Of a DNA stretch of 64,000 nucleotides, positions 1-11,150 are shown in pieces; positions within the stretch are counted from its first letter, which is position 1, and every line of letters starts with the position of its first letter. This DNA comes from Marsupella aquatica. Its lineage: Eukaryota; Plantae; Marchantiophyta. The stretch is from NCBI GenBank assembly GCA_973895155.1, contig OZ316899.1, positions 3,971,241 to 4,035,240 on the forward strand, read 5' to 3'. Under the pieces are notes generated by a model. The model saw only the letters and a program-made list of their open reading frames with translations, searched no databases and had not been told where the DNA came from. A program made the position numbers and the translations under genes.

Positions 1-1845
1 TTTGGTTTGCAAGTTGTCGGGACTCCCTCGTGGCCTCGGTTAAAAATATATTTGAGTGATTACTTTTCTGGGGTTCCACCTTCACCAGGGGGTGCCTTAT
101 CTTCCCCTAACTCAGCACAAAAAAATTTGGGCCCCAACGGATACCTCTAGCCAAAGTTATGCCCATTCTCCCAAGGCCTGTTTTTGGTGTAAAGCGGGTG
201 TAAGCGGCGGCCCGATTACACTTACCTTACATGCCCCTTATGGGGATTCCACGTGTCATGAGGGGAGAGCACTCTCATTATACTCATGTTTCTTATGAAG
301 AAATTGTAAGGACAGCAATGTTTGCAGCCATTTCTCTCTCGTGAATTCAATCTAAAACCACAGCATTCTCTATTGGATTCTTTCTTGTGCAGCAGTCCAG
401 CTGATCAGCCGCCAGCCCCTCAATTTCACAGCCACCATAGCTCACAGCCAGCCTAGTCAATTTCGCAGCTAGCCCACCTCTTCAATTTTGCCGCTAGCAA
501 CACAGTCAATTTCGCAGCTAGCAGCACAGTCACATCAGCGCATTTACAGCACAACAACAGCAGATTTGAAGCACAGCAGCAGCAACCATAGCTTGATTCC
601 TTCTCAGTCAAGCAGGTCTCTCTTCTCAATTTCGTAGCTGCCCACCTTTGCAATTTCGCAGCTAGCAGCAGCATCATTCAATTCAGCAGCATCAAGGCAG
701 CAGCCAGCCAATTCTCATGAGCATCTCGTGCCTGATTAGTAGGAGCACCTCTAATCTAGTGTGCAGCTGTCATAGCAGCAAGCAGCCTTCCCAATTCAAA
801 GCCAGCAGCGATCCTAATTTGCAGCCATAGCTCTTTTCCTTCTCAGCAGCCATAGCTTCTTCAATCAGCAACAGCCCTTGCTTCTTCAATCAGCAGCAGC
901 CATTTCAATTCAGCCGCCCTTCCTTCAATTCAGCCGCCCTTGTGCTCAATTGATTCCTCAAGTAATCATGCAGCACCTTTGGACAGCCTCCCGGTGCTTG
1001 ACGTCCTCACCAGCCTCGTGCTTGCTCCTCCTTGCCTCGTGCTCGCCGCGTGATCGCCGCCCACGCGGTTTACACTTAGAAAAAAATACATTTTTTTTTG
1101 GAAAAACAGCATTTTGGGGCGATTTTGGACCCCCCTCCAAAACTCACACATAAGTCCAAAAGGACTTCTGAGTAGCTCCACTGATTCTATGGACATAGGA
1201 CTATGTCCGGGTTTACTAAGATATAAACAAAACCCTATAACAACTTTTCTAAAATTAGGCAAAGAGGGTCAAGTCTTTATGTCTTCCAAAATTCTTCTCA
1301 ACTTTGAGATGCTCCCAAAAAGTAACCAAGTGTGACAAAGTTGTCCCACAAGTTTCTAGGGATAGAGGGGACCATACTTAACCCACTTCCAAACTTGGAA
1401 CCCCTACATTTACCCATCAGCTATTTTTCCCGGGACCCGCTATTTGGTAACTTTGATTTTTGCCAAAATACTTATAACTCCTAGGTTAAGACCCCACTTG
1501 ACTTCATACTTTTTCAGGGTTCCCTAGGGACCTCCCAGCACCCATGGGAGAAATATCAGCCAAAAATAAGATGTCCGGTGTCGGGTCATTTTTCGGTCCC
1601 GACTTAGTCGCCTATTATAACTAAGGACGGAACTAGTTTCCTGCCCCTCCTATAGTAACTTGCTTACCCCTAGATAACTTTGCATAACTAAAATTCCCTC
1701 TTACCTCTACTAAGCTTCCCTTCTTACTTAAGTGCCCTAAACCTAGCTACTCTGATAGCACTAAAACTTTTTCCCTAACTATTTCCTCTTCTAAACGAAA
1801 GAATGTCATGTTTCTCTACACTAGCTGACACTGAGCCATCCCACA
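1..1845 (-). repeat. 3' LTR (partial) of the gypsy element
   Basis: Matches 9305-11150; by eye the only difference is T9 vs T10 near 1091/10395. Ends ...CCCACA on + (TGTGGG on the element strand), next to the PPT. Confidence 0.95.
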
Positions 1846-1858
1846 TAGCCCCCTACTT
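1846..1858 (-). promoter_or_regulatory. Polypurine tract
   Basis: Minus strand AAGTAGGGGGCTA immediately before the TG of the 3' LTR. Confidence 0.85.
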
Positions 1859-1885
1859 AAGTGTGCAGCGTCCCCGCAAACACAC

Positions 1886-4800
1886 TTATTCCTGATTAAA
1901 GTACCTTTTCAACCTATCATGATGCACTCTAGTAGGGAACACCTCTCCTTCAAGAGTAGCAAGCTGAATTGACCCATTAGCATAAACCTGGTGAACAACA
2001 TAAGGACCCAACCACCGAGTATGCAACTTGCCTGGAAAATGAGCATACCTACTGTCATAGAGTAATACCAGTTGTCCAGCAAGTAAAGAAGTTGGCTTCT
2101 TCAACTTCTTGTCATGATGTTGCTTCACTTGAGCTTGCTTCTTCTTCACTTGCTTGCTTGCCTCTTCCCGGATTTCCTCCAACTCCTCCAGCTGGTAAGC
2201 TCTCTCCATTAAACTCTGGTCAGCCTCCATTCTCTCCTCCACACTTACCCTCAAAGTAGGCACTTCAAACTCAACAGGTACAAGGGAGTGTTGTCCAAAT
2301 ACTAGGTAGAAAGGACTATGGCCGGTTGTGGTCTTGAAAGCAAGGTTGTAGGAGTACACAGCTGAGTATAATTTGTCATCCCAATCAGTCTTGTGTGCCG
2401 CCACGGTTTTGTTCAAGATCTTGCCAATGATGCCATTAGCTCTCTCCGTTAATCCATTGGCCTTGGGGTGATAGGGGGTGGTCTTCCTATGCTTAATCAA
2501 GTAATGGTTAGTGAGCTCCTCCACAACTTCATTCAAGAAGTGAGTCCCCCTATCACTAACCAGCTCTAGAGGTGGCCCAAATCTGGTAAAAATCTGTTGA
2601 TACATGAACCTTGCTACTGTGAGAGCATTATCCTTGCTGGTTGGTCTTGCCTCTACCCACTTAGTAGCATAATCAGTTGCAAGAAGGATGTATCGATTCC
2701 TTCTAGACCTGGTCACAGGAGTGATGGGACCTATGAAATCTATACCCCACTTCTCAAAAGGTGCAAGAGGTAAGATGGTGGTAAGAGGGTGATGCCTTGA
2801 GTGAGCTGGCTTACCTGTCCTTTGGCAAGGGTCACATCCCCTCACAAAAAGACTTACATCCTTATGAAGTGTTGGCCACCAATACCCTGCATCAAGAATT
2901 TTCCTTGCTGTTGTTGCACTTGCATAATGGCCACCAGCCTCCTCCTCATGCATAGCTCTCATCACAATGGAGATTTCCTTCTTCTCCAAACACCTCCTTA
3001 GTCTCCCATCAACTCCTTCCTTGTGAAGGACACCCTTCACCAATAAGTAAGGTCTGATTTTTCTCAGGAAAACAGCAGCCTCCTCTTGGTTCAAATCTCT
3101 TGGTAGCCGGGTTGTGAGAAGAAATTGGATGATATCCAAATACCATGTATCTCCTCCACTTCCCACATGAAAGAGGTCTTCATCTGGAAACTGATCATCC
3201 ACCTCCTTCAAGTCCTCTTCTCCTTCAATCCTTGAGAAGAAGTCTGCATTCCCATGCTTCTTACCAGGCCTGACCCTCACCTCATAATCAAACTCTTGGA
3301 GCAACAAGATCCACCTTGCCACTCTACCAGTTACATCAGGTTTATTCACCATATACTTGAGAGCATTGTGATCAGTATGAAAGACCACCTTATAGCCCAA
3401 CAAGTAGTGCCTAAACTTCTTACAAGAGTAGATGATTCCTAGAGCTTCTCTATCGGTTGGTGAGTAATTCTTTTCAGCTGGTGCCAATAGTCTACTTGCA
3501 AAGTAGATAGGGTGATCCCTATTCTGGTCATCAAGTTGACTAAGCACCACACCAATACAAAAGCCAGACACATCCACATACACATGAAATTCTCTACTCC
3601 AATCTGGTGCTATCAAGATAGGGGCTTCAACCAACCTGTTCTTCAACTCCTGAAAACTTGCTAGCCTCTCAACTGAGGGTTCAACCTCAGCCCCCTTCTT
3701 AAGCATGCTGGTTAGGGGTAAAGCTACTTTAGCAAAGTCCTTAATGAACCTTCTATAGTAGTTTAAACATCCCAAGAATCCCCTCAACTCTGTCACTGAA
3801 GTTGGAAACTTGACAGCCATCCAAACAGCAACCTTCTCTTGGTCCACTTCTATGCCCTTCTTGGATACCTTGTGGCCAAGTAGTATCCCTTCTTCCACAC
3901 CAAAGAAGCACTTCCCTGGGTGAAGCTTCAAACCAACTTCCCTACATCTTTGGAAGGTCATCCTCAAATGTTCAACATGGTCCTTCCCCCTTCCAAAAAC
4001 AGCAAAGTCATCTATGAATACTTCCAAGAACTTTCTCAAGTAGTCATGAAAGATATTCATCATCAACCTTTGGAACATACCAGGGGCATTACAAAGACCA
4101 AAAGGCATCCTCCGAAAGGCATAAATCCCCCACTCAGTAGTAAAGGCTGTCTTCAACTGGTCCTCCTTCCTTATCCAAATCTGGTTGTAACCTGAGTACC
4201 CATCTAGGAAGCTATACACTTCCCAACCAGCTACTAAATCAAGTACCATATCAGTAAATGGAATGGGATAGTGGTCCTTCTTAGTGGCCTCATTGAGTTT
4301 CCTAAAGTCTTGGCAAACTCGGATCTTAGGCTTACCATCCAAGCCTGGTTTCTTTGGTACTATGACAATTGGAGAAACCCACTCACTATTCAACACAGGA
4401 TAGATGAAACCTGCTTCCAGCAATTTGTCTATCTCTTCCTTCACCATCAAGGAGTACTTGGGATTCATCCGATATTGCCTTTGTCTCACAGGTGAAGCTC
4501 CTAGCATCAAGTCGATTCTATGCTCACCAAGTTCAGGGTTTACACCAGTAAGATCCAAGTGACTCCAAGCAAACACATCCACATATTCACCTAGCAAATC
4601 TTGGATAGTTTTCTCTTCACCTGATCCCAGGGCATTTCCCAAGTTGAAGGTCTTGTCTTGCTGGACAGAGATGGTTCTGTACTGCTCAGCTCGAATCACC
4701 TCCATCTTGTTCCTCATTGTGGAGTCAAAAGTGCCCTCAAGTTGTGCCAACCTCATGCCTCCATAGACGGGTGCATTTTCAGCACTTAACTCCTCCTTCT

Positions 4801-7800
4801 CCTTGCTTGAATGCTGGTCTTCCTGAGTCTCATCCTCCTCTGAGTTTGCAGCCTTCAATTGGTCCTCTAGCTCCTTTATCTTGAGCTTTAACAAGGCTAA
4901 GTGCTTAGCCTTTAAACTCTGGTCATTACTCCTTGTCTTGATCTCAACTTGGGCAGCACCCTTGCTGGTCTGATCAACCTCCTGAGCCATTGTGATAGTG
5001 TCTTCTTGGTTGCTCTCCTTGGCTGAGGTCTCAGCCTGCTTCACCTCCTCGAGACTGGTCACTTCACTGAGACTGGGCAGAGGTGAATGGCTGGTAAGAG
5101 CCTCCTGCTCTTGCTCCTCTCCAAACACTTCTTCTTCAGTCCATTGGCTCACCATGTTCAACATGTATACCTCATCCTCATCAGATTCAGATTTGGTACT
5201 CAACTCATCGGAAAGTTCAGAATCATATTCATCCAACTCATCAGTAGTCTCTCCTTGATGCTTGTCATGACCCCATGAAACTGAAGTGGCTGGTTTGCCA
5301 AACCTAAACTCCTTCTTGCCCCAATCAGACACTACTTTGGCTCCATATAGCCAAGGCCTCCCAATCAAGATTGGGTAAGTAGATGGCCTTGCTGGTCTCA
5401 TCACCAAGTAATTCAACAAGAACTCCTGCCCCCCAATGAGAGTAGGTACTTGAGTAAGAGTCCCCACCGGTAGCACTCTTGCTCCATTTGCTAGCCTCAT
5501 TGTCCTTGCTGTTGGCTGAAGTTTCTTGAAACCTAGTTGTTGGGCAGTAGCCTCAATCATGATATTCACACCTGAGCCTCCATCAACTGGTACATACGAG
5601 AGTACACACCCATTTACTTGAACATCAATCTCAGGTGCTCCAAGGTCTTCACAAACCATCATCACATCAGCTGGGGTACCAACCTTTGGAAGCTTCCTTC
5701 TTCTCCTTCCTACCAACATCTCCTTCAGTTGCCTCCTATACAAAGGGTTGTCTTTGATCAGCTGCCCCACTGTAGCAGTAACCAAACAATCTTTCACATC
5801 CTTCTTGATGTCATAAGAGGGTACCTTGCTGGTCTCTTTCTTCTCTTCCACCTCAGCTTTTTCCTTCAAAGCTTTAGCAACCTTCAGGTCTTTGTTGATG
5901 GCCTCTTGATGCTCCTTAGCCTCCATCTCCTCTAGTTGCCTCTTGACTTCCTCATTCACCTTGGGATAGAAGAGCTTCGGATGGTCTCTCTTGTAGTCAC
6001 TATCTTCAGCTGGTGGGACTTGAACTTCTGCTCCAACTTCAACTTCGATTGGTGACTCCGTTGAGTGCTCCTTTCTCTCCTTCCTCTTCTTCCTCTCTTC
6101 CACTCTTTCCTTCTTTCTTGTGGACCTGGTAGACACCTTGTAACACACAGCTTCCTCCTCAGGTGTCTCCATTCCTGGTAGATCTGGCTGGTTCTCCCCA
6201 CCAGCAACTTGTGTCACTCCATCTTTGGCCTCCTCTTGCCACTCCATACTCAAGAAGTTCACTGTGGCTTCACCGGGAGCTTTGGCAACCGCTGGTGGTG
6301 GTGCTTCTATCCTTCCTATCATCATCTTGGCAGCAGATCCAATAGGACAGTTGGCTGTGGTATGACCCTCCCTTTTGCACACAGCACAAAGAGGATAGGG
6401 AGCTCCTTGTCCCTGCCTCCTTGGTTCGGGGCAACTGTTGGAATAGTGCCCTGGTTTTTGACAGTTCCAGCAGATCACCACGGTAGTTCTTGCCACTCCC
6501 CCAGGTCCTTGAGGTCCCATTTGATCCACCATCCTTGGTTGAAGACCAGGCATCAGTTGAGGTGCCATGGGTGGAGCTGGTCTTCCTTGCAAAGTTCTTG
6601 GGCCTCCTGAAATCTGGTACACCATCTCCGGGGCTTCTTCATAGAAGTAGTCCACCACTTCACTTGCTTGATAAACATCGTTGGACTCTTCATTGACATA
6701 CTGAACTTGATTCCTCCAACCTTGACACTCTTGAGGTGTATGGCCAAAACTCTTGCACTTGACACACCATACATGGGCTCTATTCACCGGCACTTTTCTC
6801 CTATCAGGTTGCACACCAGCAAAGTGAACTGATAGGGCCTTGAGTTGGTTGGTGATCTCACTCATCTTGTTATCCATCACCTTCTTCTCCTTGGTTGCTG
6901 GTGTAGAACCTTCCACCAAGTTGAAGGTTGCAGATTTGTGGTGCTTACCACCTGGCTTCTTCTTGCTGGCTCTCCTCTTCTGGTCGCTTTTTCTCTTTGC
7001 CTTCTTCTTCTTCTTCTTCTTCTTCTCGGAGTCCTCCTCAGAATCAGATTCTGAATCAGAACTGGAACTACTCTCCTCAGATTCCGACTCAGAAGTATCC
7101 TCAACTGAACTACTTGATTCACTTGAGCTAGAAGAAGAATCACTATAAGCAAATCGCTTCTTCTTTCTCCTACTCTTGGAACTAGAGATCTCAGCACTCC
7201 TATAAGACTGAGCCGCCTCAATGGCCTCATCCAACGTATTAGGGTGAGATTGCCTTACTGAGACACCCATCTTCCTGGGTAGGCTTGCCACAAACCAAGC
7301 CAACAACATGGAGTCTACTGGTCTGGGGTCAAGCTTGGTAGCTAACCTTTGAAACCTTTGCAGAAACCTCCTTACTGACTCCTTGGATCCCATTCTGATC
7401 TCTCCCATCTTGATCAGAGCTTCCGATTCTTCTCCCACCTTCCTAAACTCCTGCAAGAATGCTAGCTTGAAGGCATCCCAATCATTCTTGATGGCATTTG
7501 ATAGGCTATTGAACCAAGGTCTTGCTTCTCCTCTCAAGACCCCCGCCAAAGTGGTCAACTTAATATCAAACTCTCCATTGGCTTGGGCTGTCCCAATGAA
7601 GTCCTCCAACCAAGCATCAGGATCCTCCTTGGGCTTGCCATGGAATGTCTTGTACTGAAATCTTGCTCTTTGAGTCACCACCATGGTTGCTTCTTGATCT
7701 TCACTTGTGTTGGTAGTGGAAGAAGATGTATCACTCCACCCTACACCAGGTTCCGCTTCAGCTTGCAAATGAATGTCCACCCAATCTGGTTGCTCCAACT

Positions 7801-7951
7801 GGTCACCAAAGTTGAAACTAAGAGAGGCTTCTTTTAGTGCTTGACTCCTTGTAGTGGGCATGCCACTCACAATCACCTTCTTATCTCCCTTCTTCTCTTG
7901 AACAGCAAACCTGCAAACACACCTCCAAGTCTTGTGGCTCCACTCCAACAA
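1886..7951 (-). CDS. Gag-Pol polyprotein, 2021 aa (first ATG at 7861, MPTTRSQ)
   Basis: Gag (WFNSL...WDAFKLAFLQEF); three CX2CX4HX4C knuckles; protease VDGGSGVN; RT LDGYSGYNQI and FIDD; RNase H VDVSG; integrase H-H-C-C, GIDFIGP, SDRG, ERAN; C-terminal WLGPY. No stops. Confidence 0.97.
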   Translation of the reverse strand: MLEWSHKTWRCVCRFAVQEKKGDKKVIVSGMPTTRSQALKEASLSFNFGDQLEQPDWVDIHLQAEAEPGVGWSDTSSSTTNTSEDQEATMVVTQRARFQYKTFHGKPKEDPDAWLEDFIGTAQANGEFDIKLTTLAGVLRGEARPWFNSLSNAIKNDWDAFKLAFLQEFRKVGEESEALIKMGEIRMGSKESVRRFLQRFQRLATKLDPRPVDSMLLAWFVASLPRKMGVSVRQSHPNTLDEAIEAAQSYRSAEISSSKSRRKKKRFAYSDSSSSSSESSSSVEDTSESESEESSSSSDSESDSEEDSEKKKKKKKKAKRKSDQKRRASKKKPGGKHHKSATFNLVEGSTPATKEKKVMDNKMSEITNQLKALSVHFAGVQPDRRKVPVNRAHVWCVKCKSFGHTPQECQGWRNQVQYVNEESNDVYQASEVVDYFYEEAPEMVYQISGGPRTLQGRPAPPMAPQLMPGLQPRMVDQMGPQGPGGVARTTVVICWNCQKPGHYSNSCPEPRRQGQGAPYPLCAVCKREGHTTANCPIGSAAKMMIGRIEAPPPAVAKAPGEATVNFLSMEWQEEAKDGVTQVAGGENQPDLPGMETPEEEAVCYKVSTRSTRKKERVEERKKRKERKEHSTESPIEVEVGAEVQVPPAEDSDYKRDHPKLFYPKVNEEVKRQLEEMEAKEHQEAINKDLKVAKALKEKAEVEEKKETSKVPSYDIKKDVKDCLVTATVGQLIKDNPLYRRQLKEMLVGRRRRKLPKVGTPADVMMVCEDLGAPEIDVQVNGCVLSYVPVDGGSGVNIMIEATAQQLGFKKLQPTARTMRLANGARVLPVGTLTQVPTLIGGQEFLLNYLVMRPARPSTYPILIGRPWLYGAKVVSDWGKKEFRFGKPATSVSWGHDKHQGETTDELDEYDSELSDELSTKSESDEDEVYMLNMVSQWTEEEVFGEEQEQEALTSHSPLPSLSEVTSLEEVKQAETSAKESNQEDTITMAQEVDQTSKGAAQVEIKTRSNDQSLKAKHLALLKLKIKELEDQLKAANSEEDETQEDQHSSKEKEELSAENAPVYGGMRLAQLEGTFDSTMRNKMEVIRAEQYRTISVQQDKTFNLGNALGSGEEKTIQDLLGEYVDVFAWSHLDLTGVNPELGEHRIDLMLGASPVRQRQYRMNPKYSLMVKEEIDKLLEAGFIYPVLNSEWVSPIVIVPKKPGLDGKPKIRVCQDFRKLNEATKKDHYPIPFTDMVLDLVAGWEVYSFLDGYSGYNQIWIRKEDQLKTAFTTEWGIYAFRRMPFGLCNAPGMFQRLMMNIFHDYLRKFLEVFIDDFAVFGRGKDHVEHLRMTFQRCREVGLKLHPGKCFFGVEEGILLGHKVSKKGIEVDQEKVAVWMAVKFPTSVTELRGFLGCLNYYRRFIKDFAKVALPLTSMLKKGAEVEPSVERLASFQELKNRLVEAPILIAPDWSREFHVYVDVSGFCIGVVLSQLDDQNRDHPIYFASRLLAPAEKNYSPTDREALGIIYSCKKFRHYLLGYKVVFHTDHNALKYMVNKPDVTGRVARWILLLQEFDYEVRVRPGKKHGNADFFSRIEGEEDLKEVDDQFPDEDLFHVGSGGDTWYLDIIQFLLTTRLPRDLNQEEAAVFLRKIRPYLLVKGVLHKEGVDGRLRRCLEKKEISIVMRAMHEEEAGGHYASATTARKILDAGYWWPTLHKDVSLFVRGCDPCQRTGKPAHSRHHPLTTILPLAPFEKWGIDFIGPITPVTRSRRNRYILLATDYATKWVEARPTSKDNALTVARFMYQQIFTRFGPPLELVSDRGTHFLNEVVEELTNHYLIKHRKTTPYHPKANGLTERANGIIGKILNKTVAAHKTDWDDKLYSAVYSYNLAFKTTTGHSPFYLVFGQHSLVPVEFEVPTLRVSVEERMEADQSLMERAYQLEELEEIREEASKQVKKKQAQVKQHHDKKLKKPTSLLAGQLVLLYDSRYAHFPGKLHTRWLGPYVVHQVYANGSIQLATLEGEVFPTRVHHDRLKRYFNQE

Positions 7952-7967
7952 AAACTGTAAAGAGTTG

Positions 7968-7985
7968 TCCCCGGCAGCGGCGCCA
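7968..7985 (-). promoter_or_regulatory. Primer-binding site, tRNA-Asp type
   Basis: Minus strand TGGCGCCGCTGCCGGGGA, one mismatch from the Athila-type TGGCGCCGTTGCCGGGGA (complement of the plant tRNA-Asp 3' end). Confidence 0.88.
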
Positions 7986-7995
7986 AAAACAAGGG

Positions 7996-10900
7996 TGGGA
8001 CTCTATGTCAAACACTTGCCAAGGAGCTTAAGCGGCTTTTCTCCCCAAAAGACTACCTAATACCTGCTCCATGTCATACCAGGGTCACAAAGGATTGACA
8101 AAACTTCTGAAGTGTGCTTACAATGTCCAATCACTCCATACATAAGTAGTTTCAACTCTCCACTTCTAGAGAGGTAGTCCCCTTGACTACTTTTGTACTC
8201 ACCCCTTCCCCTCTCCTCTACTCCAAGGATCAGCAAGGGGGATCTCCGCTCCAAGCTGTCACCTTAGAGTAGATTCTCACACAAACACCCAAGAACCCAA
8301 AGTACTTTCCTCTTCAAGCTTAAGTCTCCTCAAGACCCTCAAAGTAGTGTTACCCCTCAACCTTGCCCCCCTGGCCTTGGTTTGGGTCCACACATCCCCT
8401 TTGAGCCCTAGAGAAGGCTCCTCTATCTAAGGACTCTTCCTCTTGTTCTTACTTCTTGTTAACACCACACACCAAGCAAAGTACTTTCCACCCTCAAGCT
8501 ATAATCCTCTCTAAGTCTCAAAGTAATGCTATACCTTAACCTTGCCTCCTTGGCCTTGGTTTTGTACTAGCACATCCCCTTCAAGCTTAGACCAAGATTA
8601 TACCATAGCATGGACTCTTCTCTTGCTCTCATATACTTCAAATGCACTCACACTTAATGGTCACAATGAAGATTGGTAAGTCTCCTTTTATTGCATCACC
8701 TTTACAACAAAAGTTCACTACACATTCTCCACACTAAGCATGGACCACCTCTCCTTTCTCAAGCTTAGCCCTACCTTGGCAAGGTAGAGATTTCACTTAA
8801 GAGATGAGACTCCCGGTCCCTAACAAATGAAAACTTCCTCCTTATATACTATCTCCTTCCACATCACACCAAGCTTGACCTGGGGTCCAACTATACCTCC
8901 CCCAAGTCCTCCTAACACACAAAGTCCAACTCTATAGTTCATAGCCCACCCTACTACTTGCTATTTTGCCTCCTTCCAAGCCCTGGAATATGCCACACAT
9001 GAGTGGTATGCTTTGACTTCCAAACCTACTCCCACTTATGGTCCTCCTCACCAGCTTACCAACCCACTTGAAAGCTCGCAAAAAGAGTGAGTGAGTCTCA
9101 AGTTGTGCCTAGTCAAAGTTGGCCTTATTTTACTTGTAACCCCTTTACTACCCTAAGTAAACTACCCCCTATATTTACTTTTCTTAACTTGATGGCCTTA
9201 CACCTTTGGCCAAAGGTAAGTACCCTTCTCTAGAGCCTAACTCAAGTGGTATGGGTGCAAGAAAGGTCAGCCCCTAAATCTGGTATTCATTCCCCTATGC
9301 CGACTTTGGTTTGCAAGTTGTCGGGACTCCCTCGTGGCCTCGGTTAAAAATATATTTGAGTGATTACTTTTCTGGGGTTCCACCTTCACCAGGGGGTGCC
9401 TTATCTTCCCCTAACTCAGCACAAAAAAATTTGGGCCCCAACGGATACCTCTAGCCAAAGTTATGCCCATTCTCCCAAGGCCTGTTTTTGGTGTAAAGCG
9501 GGTGTAAGCGGCGGCCCGATTACACTTACCTTACATGCCCCTTATGGGGATTCCACGTGTCATGAGGGGAGAGCACTCTCATTATACTCATGTTTCTTAT
9601 GAAGAAATTGTAAGGACAGCAATGTTTGCAGCCATTTCTCTCTCGTGAATTCAATCTAAAACCACAGCATTCTCTATTGGATTCTTTCTTGTGCAGCAGT
9701 CCAGCTGATCAGCCGCCAGCCCCTCAATTTCACAGCCACCATAGCTCACAGCCAGCCTAGTCAATTTCGCAGCTAGCCCACCTCTTCAATTTTGCCGCTA
9801 GCAACACAGTCAATTTCGCAGCTAGCAGCACAGTCACATCAGCGCATTTACAGCACAACAACAGCAGATTTGAAGCACAGCAGCAGCAACCATAGCTTGA
9901 TTCCTTCTCAGTCAAGCAGGTCTCTCTTCTCAATTTCGTAGCTGCCCACCTTTGCAATTTCGCAGCTAGCAGCAGCATCATTCAATTCAGCAGCATCAAG
10001 GCAGCAGCCAGCCAATTCTCATGAGCATCTCGTGCCTGATTAGTAGGAGCACCTCTAATCTAGTGTGCAGCTGTCATAGCAGCAAGCAGCCTTCCCAATT
10101 CAAAGCCAGCAGCGATCCTAATTTGCAGCCATAGCTCTTTTCCTTCTCAGCAGCCATAGCTTCTTCAATCAGCAACAGCCCTTGCTTCTTCAATCAGCAG
10201 CAGCCATTTCAATTCAGCCGCCCTTCCTTCAATTCAGCCGCCCTTGTGCTCAATTGATTCCTCAAGTAATCATGCAGCACCTTTGGACAGCCTCCCGGTG
10301 CTTGACGTCCTCACCAGCCTCGTGCTTGCTCCTCCTTGCCTCGTGCTCGCCGCGTGATCGCCGCCCACGCGGTTTACACTTAGAAAAAAATACATTTTTT
10401 TTTTGGAAAAACAGCATTTTGGGGCGATTTTGGACCCCCCTCCAAAACTCACACATAAGTCCAAAAGGACTTCTGAGTAGCTCCACTGATTCTATGGACA
10501 TAGGACTATGTCCGGGTTTACTAAGATATAAACAAAACCCTATAACAACTTTTCTAAAATTAGGCAAAGAGGGTCAAGTCTTTATGTCTTCCAAAATTCT
10601 TCTCAACTTTGAGATGCTCCCAAAAAGTAACCAAGTGTGACAAAGTTGTCCCACAAGTTTCTAGGGATAGAGGGGACCATACTTAACCCACTTCCAAACT
10701 TGGAACCCCTACATTTACCCATCAGCTATTTTTCCCGGGACCCGCTATTTGGTAACTTTGATTTTTGCCAAAATACTTATAACTCCTAGGTTAAGACCCC
10801 ACTTGACTTCATACTTTTTCAGGGTTCCCTAGGGACCTCCCAGCACCCATGGGAGAAATATCAGCCAAAAATAAGATGTCCGGTGTCGGGTCATTTTTCG

Positions 10901-11150
10901 GTCCCGACTTAGTCGCCTATTATAACTAAGGACGGAACTAGTTTCCTGCCCCTCCTATAGTAACTTGCTTACCCCTAGATAACTTTGCATAACTAAAATT
11001 CCCTCTTACCTCTACTAAGCTTCCCTTCTTACTTAAGTGCCCTAAACCTAGCTACTCTGATAGCACTAAAACTTTTTCCCTAACTATTTCCTCTTCTAAA
11101 CGAAAGAATGTCATGTTTCTCTACACTAGCTGACACTGAGCCATCCCACA
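7996..11150 (-). repeat. 5' LTR (~3.15 kb) of the gypsy element; PBS-proximal boundary approximate
   Basis: Right end set by loss of identity with the left LTR after CCCACA (11150). Left end placed at the nearest CA (TCCCA, minus strand) about 10 nt from the PBS. Contains a degenerate ~180-bp duplication (8282-8640) and a CAG/CAATTTCGCAGCTAGC-rich tract (~9640-10330). Confidence 0.85.

Larger units (their letters stand above)
1..11150 (-). mobile_element. Intact, recent Ty3/gypsy LTR retrotransposon, non-chromovirus Athila/OTA-like; 3' LTR truncated by the window edge
   Basis: Direct repeats 1-1845 and 9305-11150; PBS at 7968-7985; PPT at 1846-1858; one open gag-pol ORF with order PR-RT-RH-INT; no chromodomain or additional RNase H seen. 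Confidence 0.95.

Noticed and set aside
56-1335. Short ORFs in the gypsy LTR (and their duplicates at 9360-10640)
   Set aside because: They derive from CAG-rich low-complexity sequence, overlap on both strands, and have no domain signal.
7968-7985. tRNA gene
   Set aside because: Only the 18-nt complement of a tRNA 3' end (PBS); no cloverleaf.
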